Translations under genes and position numbers: made by a program
Shown: piece after piece, positions 49,362 through 64,000 of the stretch
How positions within the stretch are numbered: position 1 is the stretch's first letter
Layout: each line of letters opens with the position of its first letter
The notes under the pieces: model-generated
What the model saw: only the letters and a program-made list of their open reading frames with translations
The model's database searches: none
What the model was told of the DNA's origin: nothing
Assembly: GCF_964355755.1 (NCBI RefSeq)
Contig: NC_092677.1
Location: 8,888,101-8,952,100, forward strand
Source: Antedon mediterranea
Lineage: Eukaryota; Animalia; Echinodermata
Reading direction: 5' to 3'
DNA length: 64,000 bases

Positions 49362-52300
49362 ATGAATTTAAATATATTTTATACTTTATATATTTTTCTA
49401 CTGCTTGGTTTATTATCTGTAACTAGTGTTCAAGGTAACTATGGTTTGTTGTTTTTGTCTTTTATTTATAATTGTTTCGTTGATTATATTATCGGTTTTA
49501 CAACAAATTTGTGTTCAACTCAATATGGCGGCGCCCATTGCTTGGACACACGACGCTTTTAGTGCCTAGTTACAAGGATACTGCATGCTGTGTGTGTGGA
49601 TCCTGTCGGTTCATTACTACCTAGGCCTAGGCCTAGGCCTAGGCCTACTTAATTCTCATTTTAGAATAATTGTTAAAATTATTTAATGGAAGAGGTAAAT
49701 TAAGTATGCTTGGGCCCAATATAGTGTATTTAGACTTAACTAGCGGTATAAAATAACCTCTAGGCCTAGCTAGTAGGCCCTACTAGCTAGGCTAGGCCTA
49801 GGCCTAGTAGTAGCCTAGGCCTAGCTAGAAATAGAAAAAAAGTATCCGTGACGATTGGGCTCAGACAGTCAGGGGCGGCAGGCAATGCTTTTTAGGTCAT
49901 ATACCTAGGCGAGTAGAAGATATATTCTAGCCTAGTAGTCCTAGCTAAGGCATAGTCCTAGACATACTATGTCGTGGTATAAAAAACAAGGTTGGCATTT
50001 AGGTCCCAGGCAGGGGTATACTTTTTTGACCTAAAAAAGTGTGTTAAAAACCATGAAGACCCTCAGATTAGGTCTCATATGTCCCTGCGGCTGTATTGTT
50101 GTAGGCCTTCCCTGCCCGGACCCTTACTAATTACTTAGTAATACTGTAGTAGGATTGGACAGCATTTAAGGGGATCAGGGGTCGGATCAAAGATCGATGA
50201 CACAGACTGCAATGAACTTTCATGTACCAGGACTGAATGATTAAATCTGGTCTATATATTGTAGGTCTGTTTTATTGGTTGTTTGATTGACAATTGCCTC
50301 ATAGATATTCATATTTCATATTTTTTCTTAACTTAAACAACTCCACATCTCCCCATTATCAAACACCTCCCCATTATCAACACCTGAAAAACCAAACCTC
50401 TCAAGATCTTGAGTCAAGTCTTGAACCAGGGCAGGGACCTTGAGATCAAATGCACAGCATTACATACACTTACCCTAAAGTATAGCCTGCTGCTAAACCA
50501 GAAACGTTAATACTAGTTAGTTGCCCCATTCTTTTGTAAAATGATTATTTGCAACACGATATTTTGTCAGGTATTCAAAGAATTTATAAAGCCATAGCTT
50601 AAACATTCACCTTTATTACATGTTTGTTATGTTTTCTTGAGCATACTTTTTTTTTCAAATGAGTTTAGGACTTCGTTTTTAAGGGACTTTTTTCAAAGTG
50701 CAAGTGTAAGAAATTAAACCTTAGTACTATAGTATGATATATTATTGTTTATGTTGCAGGACAATGTGATTGTGAAGTTGATTGTGTTGCCAGTTGCTCT
50801 GCTGGTTCATATTGGGACACAAATGCAACAGCTTGTATTGAGTGTCCACCAGGTTCATAGTAAGTATACTACAGTGTAGGCCTACTGTAGATTTCTCTTG
50901 TTGAAGGTAATCCTCTATAAGTTGAGAAATATTGATAAGAGTTTATATCATGCTTAGTTTACCTGGATAAACAAACAAATTAGCTTATGCTCTCTCTGGA
51001 AAAAGCCATGATATGAAAAGATCAAAATCCCTCTACAATAATAGACTAATCCACCAACCAACACTCACATGTGCACGCTCCCCGTCGTACCATGGCCTCA
51101 TCAAAATTTGGTAAAGTATTTACAAACTAGAAACCGTCCTAAGATTTCTCAGTCTTGGTGTATCATTCAAATTCATGGTTCCATAAAATATTTTTTCCAC
51201 TGAGCTATCCCATGTAATTTTAAGTAGCCATCAATTCCTTGTAATTTTACAATGTTTAAAATTGTTGATCTATGCCAATTAATTGTATCAACAGAATAGC
51301 TACCAATAAACACCTACAATAATTACTGTATGTAAAGGATTGACAGGGAATAATTTCGCCAGTGTAGCATAGCAAAAAGCTATACAAAACAACAATATTG
51401 CTACACATTTCTAAAATTGTTTAGCAAAAAATACAATACAAAACTATGTTTCTTGACTCAAAAATCAGTTTGATTAGCAATTTTGCTAAACAAAATTACA
51501 AAATGAAATTTTTCCCTGATTGATTGATAAAGACAGCAAATGTAGATTGTTAATTCGAACATTAATCTGTGTAATATTACACTCTCATTGACAATTAACT
51601 AAAAAGCAGAAGAATTTAATTTGATTATCTGATATAATTATATAGATTTAACTACTGTATTCCACATGACTCCACCAAGATTGAATTTGACAGAATCATG
51701 TAGGCCTATACTGTAGTTCACATATAAACCTGATTGAAGCTCCAAAAAAAAAAAAAAAATCGTAGATTCAAATCAAAGGAACGTATTTGATTCAATATTT
51801 GATACCAAAACTGTATGTAATTATAATTCAGCGATGGGAATACATGTTTGTGATTGGTCAAAATGTTTCACATGATTTACTACTAGTGACCGTAAGTAAG
51901 TACCATAAGACCTACTGCACTCAGCTCACTGTAACATCATTAAACCCCTTACTTAGTCACTTAAGTGTAGTGAGCATGTTTATTGAAAACATTGCAAATA
52001 TCATTTTGTTCGTTTCTGCTTAAATGAACATTCTTTTCATTTATAAGTAGTCTTCTAGGCAGGCCTAACAAATCAATGTTATTTGATACCATTTATCATC
52101 ACCTAGGAAACATCAGTATCACAAATTAAAAATCAAATTGCCAGTTCACAATACAGTAGTAGTAATTATATATTCTAGTTATACGCCAGGGAAGTTTATG
52201 CGGAGTTGATTTTTTCCGGTGTAATAATATGGTAACATGTATCAAATAAATACCTGCCAAATAAAAAATAACGCAAAGTCTACAGTATTAAGAAGTCAAG

Positions 52301-55300
52301 AAAATACATTAAAAATTGTATCAACATGCTTGGTAAAATTGTAGATCATGTCATTGTCAATCAATAAAGTCTACTACTGTAAAATAGAAATACGTTTGAA
52401 TACAATATTGTGTATTATGTGGCAGAGCATTTATTCAAATAATAATAAATAAACGGCCTGGGACTGCACTATAATTCTGTTTGTGCTCCCCATGAGATAT
52501 ACAGTACATTAACCATCTAAATTGAACACTTTTTTCTTATGTTTGCTAATTATCAATGATAGACTTATCTTCACAATTCATTTGATTTTGAATGTGACTG
52601 TCGGAAGCCAGAAGGTCATTTAACAGCAGAAACCAATACAAATCAATTGGACAATCATTGTATAATAATTCCAAGTCTGCACATTCTTAAAATCACCTTG
52701 CATTGCAATTATTATTTCACCGTCCTTGTGTTAATGTGTGTAGTGTTTACATGCTCATTAGTTATTTAATGAAATAATTCTATATTGTCAGCGAAATTAG
52801 ATTGTTATGGGCTGCATAATTACTCTTGTTTCATAATATTGTTCAAAGGCTTGCAAGCCAAATAAACACTATTCTCCTTTAGTTATTGATGATACCCTTG
52901 ATATTTTTTTCAGATTCATTGAAACAGTTTAAGAACAAAGTGTTAAGTTTATTATAATTTTCAAATGCTACCTTTTTGGCATTATTTTGTGTTCATGTAT
53001 TTGTATCCGTTTTGTGTTTACCCTCCTGTTATTGGCGAATTTCTTTCGCTGTTGGTTGGGTTTGGAAATAAAATAAATAAATATAAAGTAAGGTTTGTGG
53101 TACAGCATGTTTCCAAATAGAAAACAAAGTTAAAAATGTATTGTTATTCTAAAATGCAGCTTCAATACAGAATGCTGTAATGACTAATGTACTCTTAATA
53201 TATTTGCTATATGGATAAATGTTTTTCTTTCCTACTGTATTATTACCTTAATAAATTAATCTTGGAATCAAATTAGCCTTATTCTGCTCTAAATTGAACA
53301 TTTAAATTGAACTTGTCCTAAATTTGGCAATTTCAGAGTGTTCTTAAATTTACATACACTAAAGGTAGTTTTACTTTTATAAATTAGTAATAATTTGAGT
53401 TAACAAGAAAGGTTTGGTTTTTAAAATGTATCTAGATTTCATACTACTATAAAGAAGCTCTTAATAATTCATGAGATTGCCTTGGCACAAAATCTATATT
53501 TACCATTGATTTTTCTTTAGAAAAAAACATCTGTAACCGGTTTGATTGAAAATGATGCAAGTTTGTTTATATATAATGTAGCCTACTGTTAAACAGCAAT
53601 CTGCCATTAGTAAATTAAATATTTAAGTTTGTAAGAATTATCATAAATCCTATGATGAATTTTTTTGTTTTTCAATACATGTATATTCAGTAAAAATCAA
53701 TTTTCGATTGGTAATTTTTAGAAAACCCAGTCTAAACATTTTGTGTATTTTTGCTCATTTCTCCCACTCTCCTATCATCTCCAGAATTATATCATGAATC
53801 CTATGACCTTTTGGGGTTTTTTTTAATGTATATTCAGTGTATTAAAATAATTTTTAGACTGTAAATTTATAGAAAACCCTCTCTAAACATCTTGCATCTT
53901 GTGTATTTTTGCTCGTTCCTCCCACTCTCCTATCATCGTTTCAAAGCAGAATGTTACTTATTAAGATAATTAATAATAACTTGTTTTATAATGCGCCAAT
54001 AAACAAATATGGTATCGTTCTCATAGAGCTTTATATTACACCGACAACAACATTCATTTTAATAAACAAAAGCTTCTTTAAATATAATTAAGACAGGGTT
54101 TAAAATATTTCATAAGCTACACTGTACATTGTGTTATATCACTTGAAAGTCTGTTCCACAATACTGGCCCACGAATTGCGAATGACAAGCTTCAGATTCT
54201 ACGCAGACCTCAGAGAGCGCGATGACACTTGTTGTTGCAAGAGTGATTTAATATATTCTGCTACCTCTCAGTGTATGGATTTAATTCATCAATTTAATTA
54301 ATTTTCAAAGAATATGACGATTTAAAATCAAAAAATATAAATATTATTAGTATGTACCCAATTTGTATACCAATAAAGTACATTTTCTAAATATATTTTA
54401 GACTGTATATGTAAACATTTCCATATTATACTCTATTTTAATGTTTGTGCTCCTTCACGATTTTTCTGTTTTGTTAATTTTGGTTTTAAGTATCATCAGT
54501 AGGTATGAATTAAATTTATTTTAAATACAATTTAATTCTTCCCATCAGACACTGAAAAATATATAAATAATAATTTCAATTTTATAGATTAGTACATTAC
54601 TGCAATAACCATTTTTCATGGAAATGACTTGACATTTTGTCCCTTTAGGCTTTCCTCTAGGCACATGTATTTGCCAATATAATAGCTACTATATTTATAG
54701 ATTTTAAACACTATTGTTTGTCATGATAGAATTTTGCTGTATTATCTGGGTGTTTCTATACACAATCACTGGAGCATATCAATGCAGGTTTGAAGTCTAA
54801 ACATTGTTTACACTTTATTGAAGACTGTTGCTATGAGAGTGTTTGTACAGTTACCATAGAAACATATTACAACCGTTGTGTACGGTATAAAACCTAATAC
54901 ATTCTATTGTTAAGTACTTTACGACTACTGCACGATTGAAAATACAATAATTATGAGGAAGATATTGGAAACAATTTTTTTCGAATTATTTTATTGATTT
55001 TACATGATTTATAGTTCATTTGTTAGTGTCCTTGTATCGGTTTTTGGAAACTTGATAATACTACTGTGTAGTAATGTGATAGATGCTTTTGAATGTGTAG
55101 GTATGAAATCGTTATTCACCTTGAATCGAGACAATAGATATATGATGAGTGCTCTTCTTATAGCTTCTAATTACTTCTTTCCACTTAATTAGTCTCTATT
55201 GATGAGAAACAGTTGAGCATTATACCTCCATAAGTCAAGTCACATAAATGAATGTAGTTTCTTCTTGGCATACAGATATACTGTAGGGGTTGTAAACAAA

Positions 55301-58300
55301 ATAGAAATGTTTATAATGCCAAACAAAATAGAAAATGTTTATAATTTCTAATCTCCTCTCTCATCAAATGCATGACTTATTTAACTGTTAGTATTATAGT
55401 CATAGTCATAGTCATATATACTTTATTGTCCATTTAAAAAACAGAAATGTGATTTGAAAACTGGCAAAATACAAAAATATAAAATACAATTTACAAAAAC
55501 ACACACAAAAAGTTAAGAGGCTAAAAATTGTTAAAATTAGATAAAAATTATCGGTTACATTTTACCTTTGTACTCTGGAGTTATATAAGTGTATAGCATT
55601 AGGTACAAACGAGCACCTAAACCGTTTTGTTTTGGTATTAAGTGCACGTAGTCTTATGCCAGAATTCATGAGAGCAAATTGTTTGTTAGCTATTTTATTT
55701 TTAAATAATAATGTGAACATCTTTTAAACATCTCATTTAAACAGTAGGAGCGCTACACTGTTAACATTACATCGGTACTGAATCTTTTATTGTTAATGTT
55801 GTTTGTACAGTGATCTGTGTATTGGGTATTCATCTTATTGATCATGGTTTATCCTTCTAAGGCTGTTGCTAACCATAGAGAGTTCTTCATTATAATATCT
55901 CTATGTGCAAACCTAAACTTCAAATCCTTTATACTGTATACTATAAATACATCGATTGAAAGATATTAGAATATTACAACATTTGTAGAAAGTGTTGCTG
56001 TGGAGAGTGTGGAATTAAATCATTTAACATTACCATGAAAAAGAAACCCATTATTTATTATTACAAATATTTTATTGTTGGAAATAAAATGTTGAAGTTT
56101 GAAAGTTGAACTTTCCCTTTATATATAAATTTCCCATTCATATTATGGGACACCTGATGACCTAGACTTGCCCCAAGTCTGTATTATCTTTTTTTTTTTT
56201 ATTTATTTGTTTTTATTTCGACCGCGATTTTTGTCTGAAAATAATCAAGTAGTATACGTATGAAACGCCATATGTGCCAAAATATTTATCTTTTTACTAA
56301 TATTAAGACAAAACTCCGTCTGGAACCCAGACTACTGATGACCCAGCAAATGAGTATCTCTGAATAGATGTCCCCTGATTAGGGATTGACCTCTTAGTGC
56401 GCATCATCTTAGTTGTTGAGTCTTTGAAATTCTGAAATATGAATATTAAAACAGTGTACGAGTGAGTAGCCAATCGCATGCAGCTGAAACTAGTCAACCG
56501 GATAATCGTATGCACCAAGAATTCTTGGTGTCAAACCACGTGACTTGTGTGTGTTTCCCCAGACGGAGTATCCAAAATCAAGTAGTATACGTATGAAACG
56601 CCATATGTGCCAAAATATTTATCTCTTTACTAATATTAAGACAAAACTCCGTCTGGAACCCAGACTACTGATGACCCAGCAAATGAGTATCTCTGAATAG
56701 ATGTCCCCTGATTAGGGATTGACCTCTTAGTGTCCCCTGAATAAGGATGTCCCAGAAAAGAAGTTTTACTGTATTTAAAAATTGAGTAGAAAAGTATTTC
56801 TAATTGGTGCCTAGGTAGTGAATAAACTTGACATAGAACATAGCCTTGAAAAACACACAAACATGATAGTTTTTTCTACACTTAATTTTTATCATTCTAA
56901 ACATTTAATAAATTTATTACGTGTATATTTTATTAAAATTAATCAAAAGCAGTAAATTGACCATGATTGATACATAATTAAGTTTTGCCAAAACCACAAC
57001 TAAGCTAGCCGGTTAAGTCTAACAATGCAGATTCAATTTGTTGTCTAGCAAATCCAAACTGAATAGGAATCTTTCAAAGTATTTGATGTTACTATGCAAA
57101 CAGGTTTTGACAAAAGCGTGCTGAGTTTATCAGTCAATAAGAGTGCATTGTTATTGATCAGACATGTTTCCGTGTTGCTTTTATTAATTATTACCTCTGC
57201 CAAGGAGGTTATAGTCGATCGTGTGTGTTTGTCTATTTGTTAGCAGGATTACTCAAAAAGTTATTGCCAGATCTTTACCAAATTGAAATCACAGATAGAT
57301 ATGTGGTCAACGACCACTCCATCCAATCCTGTCCAGGATCCGAATTCTTAATGTTTTCTTTGGACCTTAATAATAAAATGTCTCATTTAACTGAGAACAT
57401 TTTCAATCAATAAATATTATGTACTTTAAAGTTGCACTTAACTGTACTGTGATGTATTAAATTAGTGTAATTCATGAGTGCTATTGTTTTATTAGAGAAA
57501 AAATAACTGGTTTTACAGTATATGCTACTGTATATATTTTTTATTAATTACCTACATTTTAGAGGAAAAATTAATTTAGTGGAGTAAATACAGTCAACTC
57601 TCTCAATATGTGACATACTATAGGCTTATTTTATTATACATGTCAGATTTTCCTGAAATGTTTGTATTTCAAATGTGTTTTTAATAGTATAATTGGGAAC
57701 CTTTAGACTTCAGAAGTGTCTACAGTAGTATTGGGAGTCGACTCTAACACCTGGTTACTGTAAATATAGTGTTTTTAGTATATTACAATTGCATTTTTAT
57801 AGCAGCAGACAGAGTACAAAAGTTAAATAACCAGTTAAATTGCATTCTCAATCTATGTGTGTTTATGTTGATTTTTTTTTTAATTGATTATCTAATTCTA
57901 ATTTGGATAGCAATGTGCTATATAGAAAAACATCATTTTTTAGATTCTAAACTACCAATATAGAACTTCATTCAGTATCTCTTTGTTTTAGCTGTGGTGG
58001 AGGAAGTGGAGCACGAGTTCCATGCCCTACAGGTACTTACAACGCACTGTCTTCCCAAGATGAAGAAGCTGATTGTAAGGTAATATTAAATGCTAAAACT
58101 AAAAACTATCATGCATATCCCACCTACAATGAAATGTAAGATGATGTTCTTTGATATTTCAATAGAGAGCTTTCAATTACCTTTGACCTACACATTTTGT
58201 ATTATTATCGGTCATTTGGACCAAGAGTCTACTCCAACGATGTGGAGAAATAACCGTGTGATAACATGAACACAAATGTTTTCAAATCTGCAAAATGAAT

Positions 58301-61300
58301 TAACATGACAAAGCTAGGTCTTGGGTGTGTCATAAATCGTTTGTTTCCTAAAATTTAATCAGTGTGTACGTTTTACAATAAAAAAATGTAAATAACGCTG
58401 CAACAATTTATTCATTAACTCTATCTATTTTAAATTTTTTTAAAAGCTAACTACTAAACTGTCTTTTTACTTACAGGATTGTTTAGCGGGTTTTTATAGC
58501 TATGGGGGAGCAGAACTTTGCGAGTTATGCCCAGCCGGTCATGCATGTCTTCTTAATGGCACAGCAGCCCCAGTTCCATGTGGGTTGGGCCAGTATGCCC
58601 TCAATGGCAGCAGTCAATGTACCACTTGTCCAAGTGGTTTCAAATGTCCATCAACTTATGAGGCACCTGTGTATTGTGAGGAAGGATATTATACTAGTCT
58701 GACTGGACAACGTGAATGCTCGATCTGTGAAGGAGGGCGTGAGTGCATACATCGGAATGCTTCTAATGAATGCTCAGCTGGATTTTATAGTCCAGAAGGG
58801 CAAGCTGTGTGCTCTCCCTGCCAAACAGGATATTACAGGTAAATTTTAAAAAGGGAATTATGAAGGTACTAAGAGAGGTTCTTCTAAATTAGGTTATATT
58901 TGCATAGCTGTAGAATGTGAAGAACATGTCCCAAACCCCAAAATTAGCATAGGCCTAAAGCAGAAACTTAATATGCCATGCACCTTGCCAGGGTTTGGTT
59001 TCAAAACTACTAACACCTTTACCTGATTTACCTTGATGTTTAGACTTATAGTTTGTGTGTCCCTCAGTAAAGTTCTATCAAGCTATTACTATATGGGACA
59101 AACTTGCATAAAGAATGACATACTTTATATGCTTTCCAGCCAAAGCCTAAATTAATGAATTACATTCGATGACTGTTGATTGGAATACATTTTCTTACAG
59201 TTCTGCAGGTGCCACACAATGTAAAATTTGCCCAGAAGGCCAAAAATGCCCAGATCCATCACAGAGCCCTGTGGATTGTGAGCAAGGATTCATAGCACTG
59301 GAAGGGTCAAACAACTGTACACGATGCGAGTACAATGAAGTAAATGACGGGAACAACGTGTATTGTCTTCCGTGCCCAGCAGGCATGGTATGCACTGATC
59401 CAACACAGGATCCAACAGATTGTAGTGATGGAGAATATGCTGCTCTTGGTGATGGTGTATGCTCTCCATGTCCTTCTGGTAAACGATGTCCAACTGCTAC
59501 AACTATGTACGATTGCCCATCTGGTAAATATTTTTTAAATATTTTATTTCAATCCATGTCTTGTTATTCAATTTTAACTTTTCTTTTAAAATATTCCTCC
59601 TCTAAAAACTGATGAGCTTATTACTCATAAAGCGTTTTTACGTCTGCTTCAGTCCAGCTCTGGCAAATAAAATCGCATCTCAATGTTTTTTTTTTATGAC
59701 ACTCCACACTAGTATGCATAAATATAATTTTACTTGATATGCACATAGCCACGTCATGAAAAAATGAAAAGTTGCCAATATTGCATGCACAATCTGACAC
59801 AAACCTGAACTGGTGCTAGACTCAGGAAGGTGTGAAATACCCTTAATATAAATTTATGGCATTTGGAAAAAATGTGTTGTTAATAATTTATCATCTACAG
59901 TAATACAATCTCCTTTCTTTTAGGAACATATTCAACTGGTAGTTTAACATCTTGTTTACAGTGTCCAGCAGGATCAAGCTGTACCAACACAAGTAGCACA
60001 CAGTGTTCTCCAGGACAGTACAGTCCTGCAGGAGGTGAGAAAACTTTATTGATATTTTAAGACCACTTTGTATTTTATTTTTGTGAGTTGAAAAAATATG
60101 TAAATCTAAAGAGAATTCTTCATATTCACTTATTCATATTGCATAGCTAGCTACATACGGATGAATATAGGCATGCACTACCATGTTGAAAAATCAACTA
60201 AATTCATATCATTCAATACAAAAATACCAAATTGGTTTCTACATTTGACCATTTGACATTTATGTTACCAAGGCAACTTTCCTCATAATCAACTAATTTT
60301 TCTTTACAGATCAGAACTGCTATGACTGTGCAGCAGGGTACTATTGCGGAGCGCTGGCCTCCAACCAACTTCATTGCCAATCTGGGTTCTACTCCAATTC
60401 TTCAGCTGTGACCTGCACTGAATGTCCAGCTGGCTATCAGTGTACAACCTCTACCATTCAAGAATGTACATCAGGATACTACTCACTGGCACAGGCTACT
60501 GCATGTCAACCCTGTCCTGCAGGTATATTTCATATTTGCATGCTCACTTAAATGGATAACTATAATTCTTAATTCTTACGTTCTTGGAATTTGTGACATT
60601 GATTTGGGTGTGAAGTGTATCTAAGGAAGCAGGCACGTTGCCCCCAAATATTGTGCTCTACATTATTCAATCATTCATGTTTAAGTGTTCATGATCGAAA
60701 GATTGGAAATGAGTGTTTTGACCTCCTAAACTTGTATCTTCTGTTCCTCCCTTGTATATTATCTTTTTGGAACTAACTAATATACATGTGTGCTTAATAA
60801 TGAAAAATTGTTATGTGCAATTCATAAAACAGGATATATATATATTTTTTTATTTATTCCGGTATGGATACTCAAAATGCCAACAAACAGCCATGAATGA
60901 TTTTGTCTTCATGTCCAAGTATATTTTTCTGGTTCTTCTGGATGCTTTGAGTTAATTACAAATTGCATTTTTTTTTTTTTTATGAGTTACATTTTCTGTA
61001 CATAGATTTGCATTTCTTTATATTTACAATCTTGATGTTTAAAGCGAGCGCGTCAAATAAAATGTAGGCCTATCAAGTACAACAATGCGTAGAAGTTGAC
61101 ATTCTTACTGTATTAGTTTACAAAAAAAACAAACAATATATGATTCTATTTTTATTTATTTTTTTAATTATAGGGCATCAATGTAATGTGACTAATGCCT
61201 CCCCAGTTGCTTGTAACCTTGGATGGTACAATGATGATCCCATGAATAAGATGTGTCGTCAGTGCCCTGAGGGTTCTTACTGTTTAGATGCCACACAAGC

Positions 61301-64000
61301 ACCTCAAATATGTAACACCGGTAAGTAGATATACACATGCAGGTAAAATGTTTGTAAGCTTATTTTAATGAGATATTAATTCATTCTATAACTGCATTGG
61401 CCAAAAACGTGGTCGAATAGTCTTGGAAAAAAATGATTTAAGGAGAGCGGAATGTTAGAAGCAGTCAACATTGCCAGTAGTATCCTTATAAATTCCTCCT
61501 GATCCCTAGACTCAAATTAAGCCTTTTTTATAATTTTCCATGATATTTTACTTATTTTCCTTTGTTTTTTAGGACAATATAGCAGTGAAGCGGCAACTGC
61601 ATGTACTACTTGTCCTCCAGGCTATGCTTGCCCCAACACTCTTATATCAAGTAAGGTTGAGTGTGCTGATGGGTATTATTCAACAGGAGGAGCAACTGCA
61701 TGTGTTCGATGCTCGGCAGGTTTCTACTGTCCAAGTAAAACGTAAATAAATGATTATGTTTAATTTTGTTTCATTCCATCAACAGAATAAACGCCAATAA
61801 TAAGATTAATCTATTTTGTGCCTAGCTTACCTGGCTAAACAAACAAATGCCATATCGAAGAGTGAAATATACTATACCTGTAACATACAGTGTAAGAGCT
61901 CTTATTCAATTAGTGGCAGAATATAAGTTCCCTAACTTGAAACAGTGCTTTTTATATTCCTACAAATGCAACTACACATTTATGATCATAATTTGGAATT
62001 ATTTCAATCTATGCGTAATGCTATTTCTTGTAAATATAGCTATACCTGTTTTAGTACTTCATTTGAATAATCACAAAGAAGATGTTACATCTCCAATGGT
62101 TGTTGGTTTCTCGTATCAAGGCTAAACATTGACAACAGAGATATACTTTCCTTAAATAGTCCTTCAAGGGATTCCATTAGAATGCAATAAAAGATATCAA
62201 AAGGCAAACTCTATGTGAAACCCTATTCCAATGTTTATTATGACACAAGAGATGCAAGGGTGCAGTTCCTGCATTCAATAGTTAACAGACCTCCCAATTT
62301 AAATGCATGTACAGTTATGACATTCATACAAACTATACTTGCTTTCAGAGATGATATTGTTACTGCATGCGACGATGGAACATATTCTGGTGCAAATGCC
62401 ACTGAATGTACACAATGTCCTGCTGGATCTGCGTGCCCAAACAAGGACGGCAGCGACATACGTGAATGCCAGCCTGGTGAATACAGTATGTCACGCATGA
62501 CATCATGTGTGGTATGCCCTGCTGGCTTTGCCTGTCCATTTACCAATAGTGATTATAAGCAATTATGTGAAACTGGTTTTTACTCAATTGGGCAGCAGAC
62601 TTCATGTACAGGATGCCCTGCTGGATAGTAAGTATAAAATTGATGTCACCTTTTAAAGAAGCATGTTTTAAAGAAGCATGTCTTTGTACATGCAACATAT
62701 AGAGAAGCATGTAATTTCTTATTAAGCAGCCTCATGCTGTCTGTGATTTATTTTGTCTATGAAATCTACTTTTTGCAAAACTTAGGTTTGACAAAGATTG
62801 TTCAAATTTCATCAACTAAATAATTCTTCTTCTAAAGTTTGTGTCCAGTGAACAACCAAGAACTGCTAATTGAATGCCAAGCTGGCCACTATTCATTGGG
62901 CAACCAATCGTATTGCTTTGCTTGCCCAGCTGGAAGTGCATGTCCAGATAAAGATGTTGAACCAAGGTAAGATGGTTTTTTTTAATGACCCCATGTTTTC
63001 TTTTATTATAAAAATAGATTAACAAACAAGGTGACAATGAAATCCGATGATTAGAAGATGTACTGTTGTTATTCATTATTAATATTTTGTAATAAACCAA
63101 ACATTTTGCATTCAACCATCATTTTATACAAAGGACACAGAAGCATGGTGGTGCATAGCTGAGCAAAAACTTTTAAAATAAATGGTATTATTAACATCAA
63201 TTTTCTGTTTGCCTAGTATAACTTGTGAACCAGGAACATATTCACTTGGTACTGCAACATCTTGTACCGATTGTCCACCTGCGTATTACTGTCCGGCGAC
63301 TAATAGTGGACCACAACGATGCAATTCTAAGTATTACTCAGAGCAACGTGCTGTTAACTGTACTATCTGCCCTGCTGGATTTCAGTGCTCTAATCAAGAA
63401 GGTAGGCTTAGTTGATCTCTTTTTTAAGTCTCAAAGGTTATTCTGAATTTAGTAGCATTTGTTTATACTCTATTTCCTTACGTCTTACATTACTGCTACA
63501 TTCTATGGAAAGGGGGAGATGGTCAATAAGTTTTTAACTCCGTCTCCGTCTCGTTTTTCTGCAATGTTCATTAAATTGTCTTGAAAAAAGAAATTATGTT
63601 ATGTTATATTAATTCTTGTTCAAAATAAACATTATACATTACATTGTTAGATTCACAATTTGAAGTATGTAACAGAATAAACACACATAAGCAACATGTA
63701 CAATTATCCATTTCGAGACCTGGATTTTGTTTATATGCCTTATATCTAATCTTGCCTATATTAAGACATTTCTGGGAGTATAGAATATCTGTTGACTTAT
63801 CCACTAATATTTTCTGAACTTTTTCATTTGTTCTAGTTCCTGAGGAGTGTCCGATAGGCACATATTCATATGAGGGCGCTGTCAATTGTGAAGCCTGCAA
63901 TCCTGGCTACATTTGTGATGAAGCCTCCACATCTCCCTCCCCTGATGATGGAGTTTGTGATCCTGGTGGTTGGTGTGATGGAACAAATTTTTATTCTTGT
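49362..64000 (+). CDS. Secreted Cys-rich repeat protein (CPAGxxC / GCC2-GCC3 or ephrin-receptor-like repeats), 5' part only
   Basis: Signal-peptide exon 49362-49434 (MNLNIFYTLYIFLLLGLLSVTSVQG; an in-frame ATG also lies at 49297). Further exons: 50760-50859, 57992-58079, 58477-58838, 59201-59523, 59924-60034, 60310-60522, 61174-61320, 61573-61741, 62349-62627, 62838-62966, 63217-63401, 63837-end. Junctions are GT-AG with compatible phases and repeated C-x2-G-x-YS...C-x2-CPAG-x2-C units. Confidence 0.85.
49620..49826. repeat. (TAGGCC)n / (CTAG)n low-complexity palindromic repeats
   Basis: Arrays at ~49620-49647 and ~49760-49826. Confidence 0.8.
51344..51518. mobile_element. 175-bp MITE (second copy, opposite orientation) with 5-bp TSD
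   Basis: ATTGA|CAGGGAA...TTCCCTG|ATTGA. Reverse-complement homolog of 6728-6902. Confidence 0.8.
53635..53937. repeat. Diverged ~150-bp tandem duplication in intron
   Basis: About 53635-53779 and 53785-53937 share tattcagt, tagaaaaccc..tctaaacat and ctcccactctcctatcatc. Confidence 0.7.
55397..55683 (-). mobile_element. Short 3' remnant of a Rex1/Babar/L2-like LINE
   Basis: Minus strand translates QFALMNSGIRLRALNTKTKRFRCSFVPNAIHLYN, followed by AATAAA and an (ATGACT)n tail. Confidence 0.65.
56243..56731. repeat. Near-identical ~156-bp direct duplication (56243-56399 and 56576-56731)
   Basis: Both copies read aatcaagtagtatacg...gattgacctcttagtg. Part also resembles ~26984-27020, so this is a dispersed repeat. 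Confidence 0.8.
57190..57300 (+). mobile_element. Possible Helentron/DINE-like non-autonomous remnant
   Basis: TTACCTCTGCCAAGGAGGTTAT followed by a GTTT/GTCT-like tract and TTAGCAGGATTACTCAAAAAGTTAT resembles the start of such elements. Recognised from memory only. Confidence 0.35.

Overview
AT-rich eukaryotic (metazoan, probably marine invertebrate) genomic DNA with spliceosomal introns; no prokaryotic features. The window is dominated by a minus-strand tandem array of giant sacsin-like genes (3 Hsp90/GHKL-like SRR repeats + J-domain + HEPN, no N-terminal ubiquitin-like domain). One copy is intact (43017-28570, 5 coding exons, ~4347 aa). A second has a single 1-bp frameshift before the J/HEPN region (23700-9061). 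The 19-nt first coding exon of a third copy (269-251) runs off the left edge. Upstream of each copy is a homologous non-coding block carrying an E-box and an NF-kB-type site, which suggests an immune- or stress-regulated gene family. The two complete copies are a mosaic of near-identical and strongly diverged segments. The spacers are packed with transposons, including a Gypsy-derived gag-protease-only element flanked by apparently identical 397-bp INVERTED copies of its LTR-like sequence, LINE fragments, several MITEs and a three-level nested DNA-transposon cluster. From 49362 a divergently transcribed multi-exon gene encoding a secreted Cys-rich repeat protein continues past the right edge. 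All alignments, counts and exon boundaries were done by eye.
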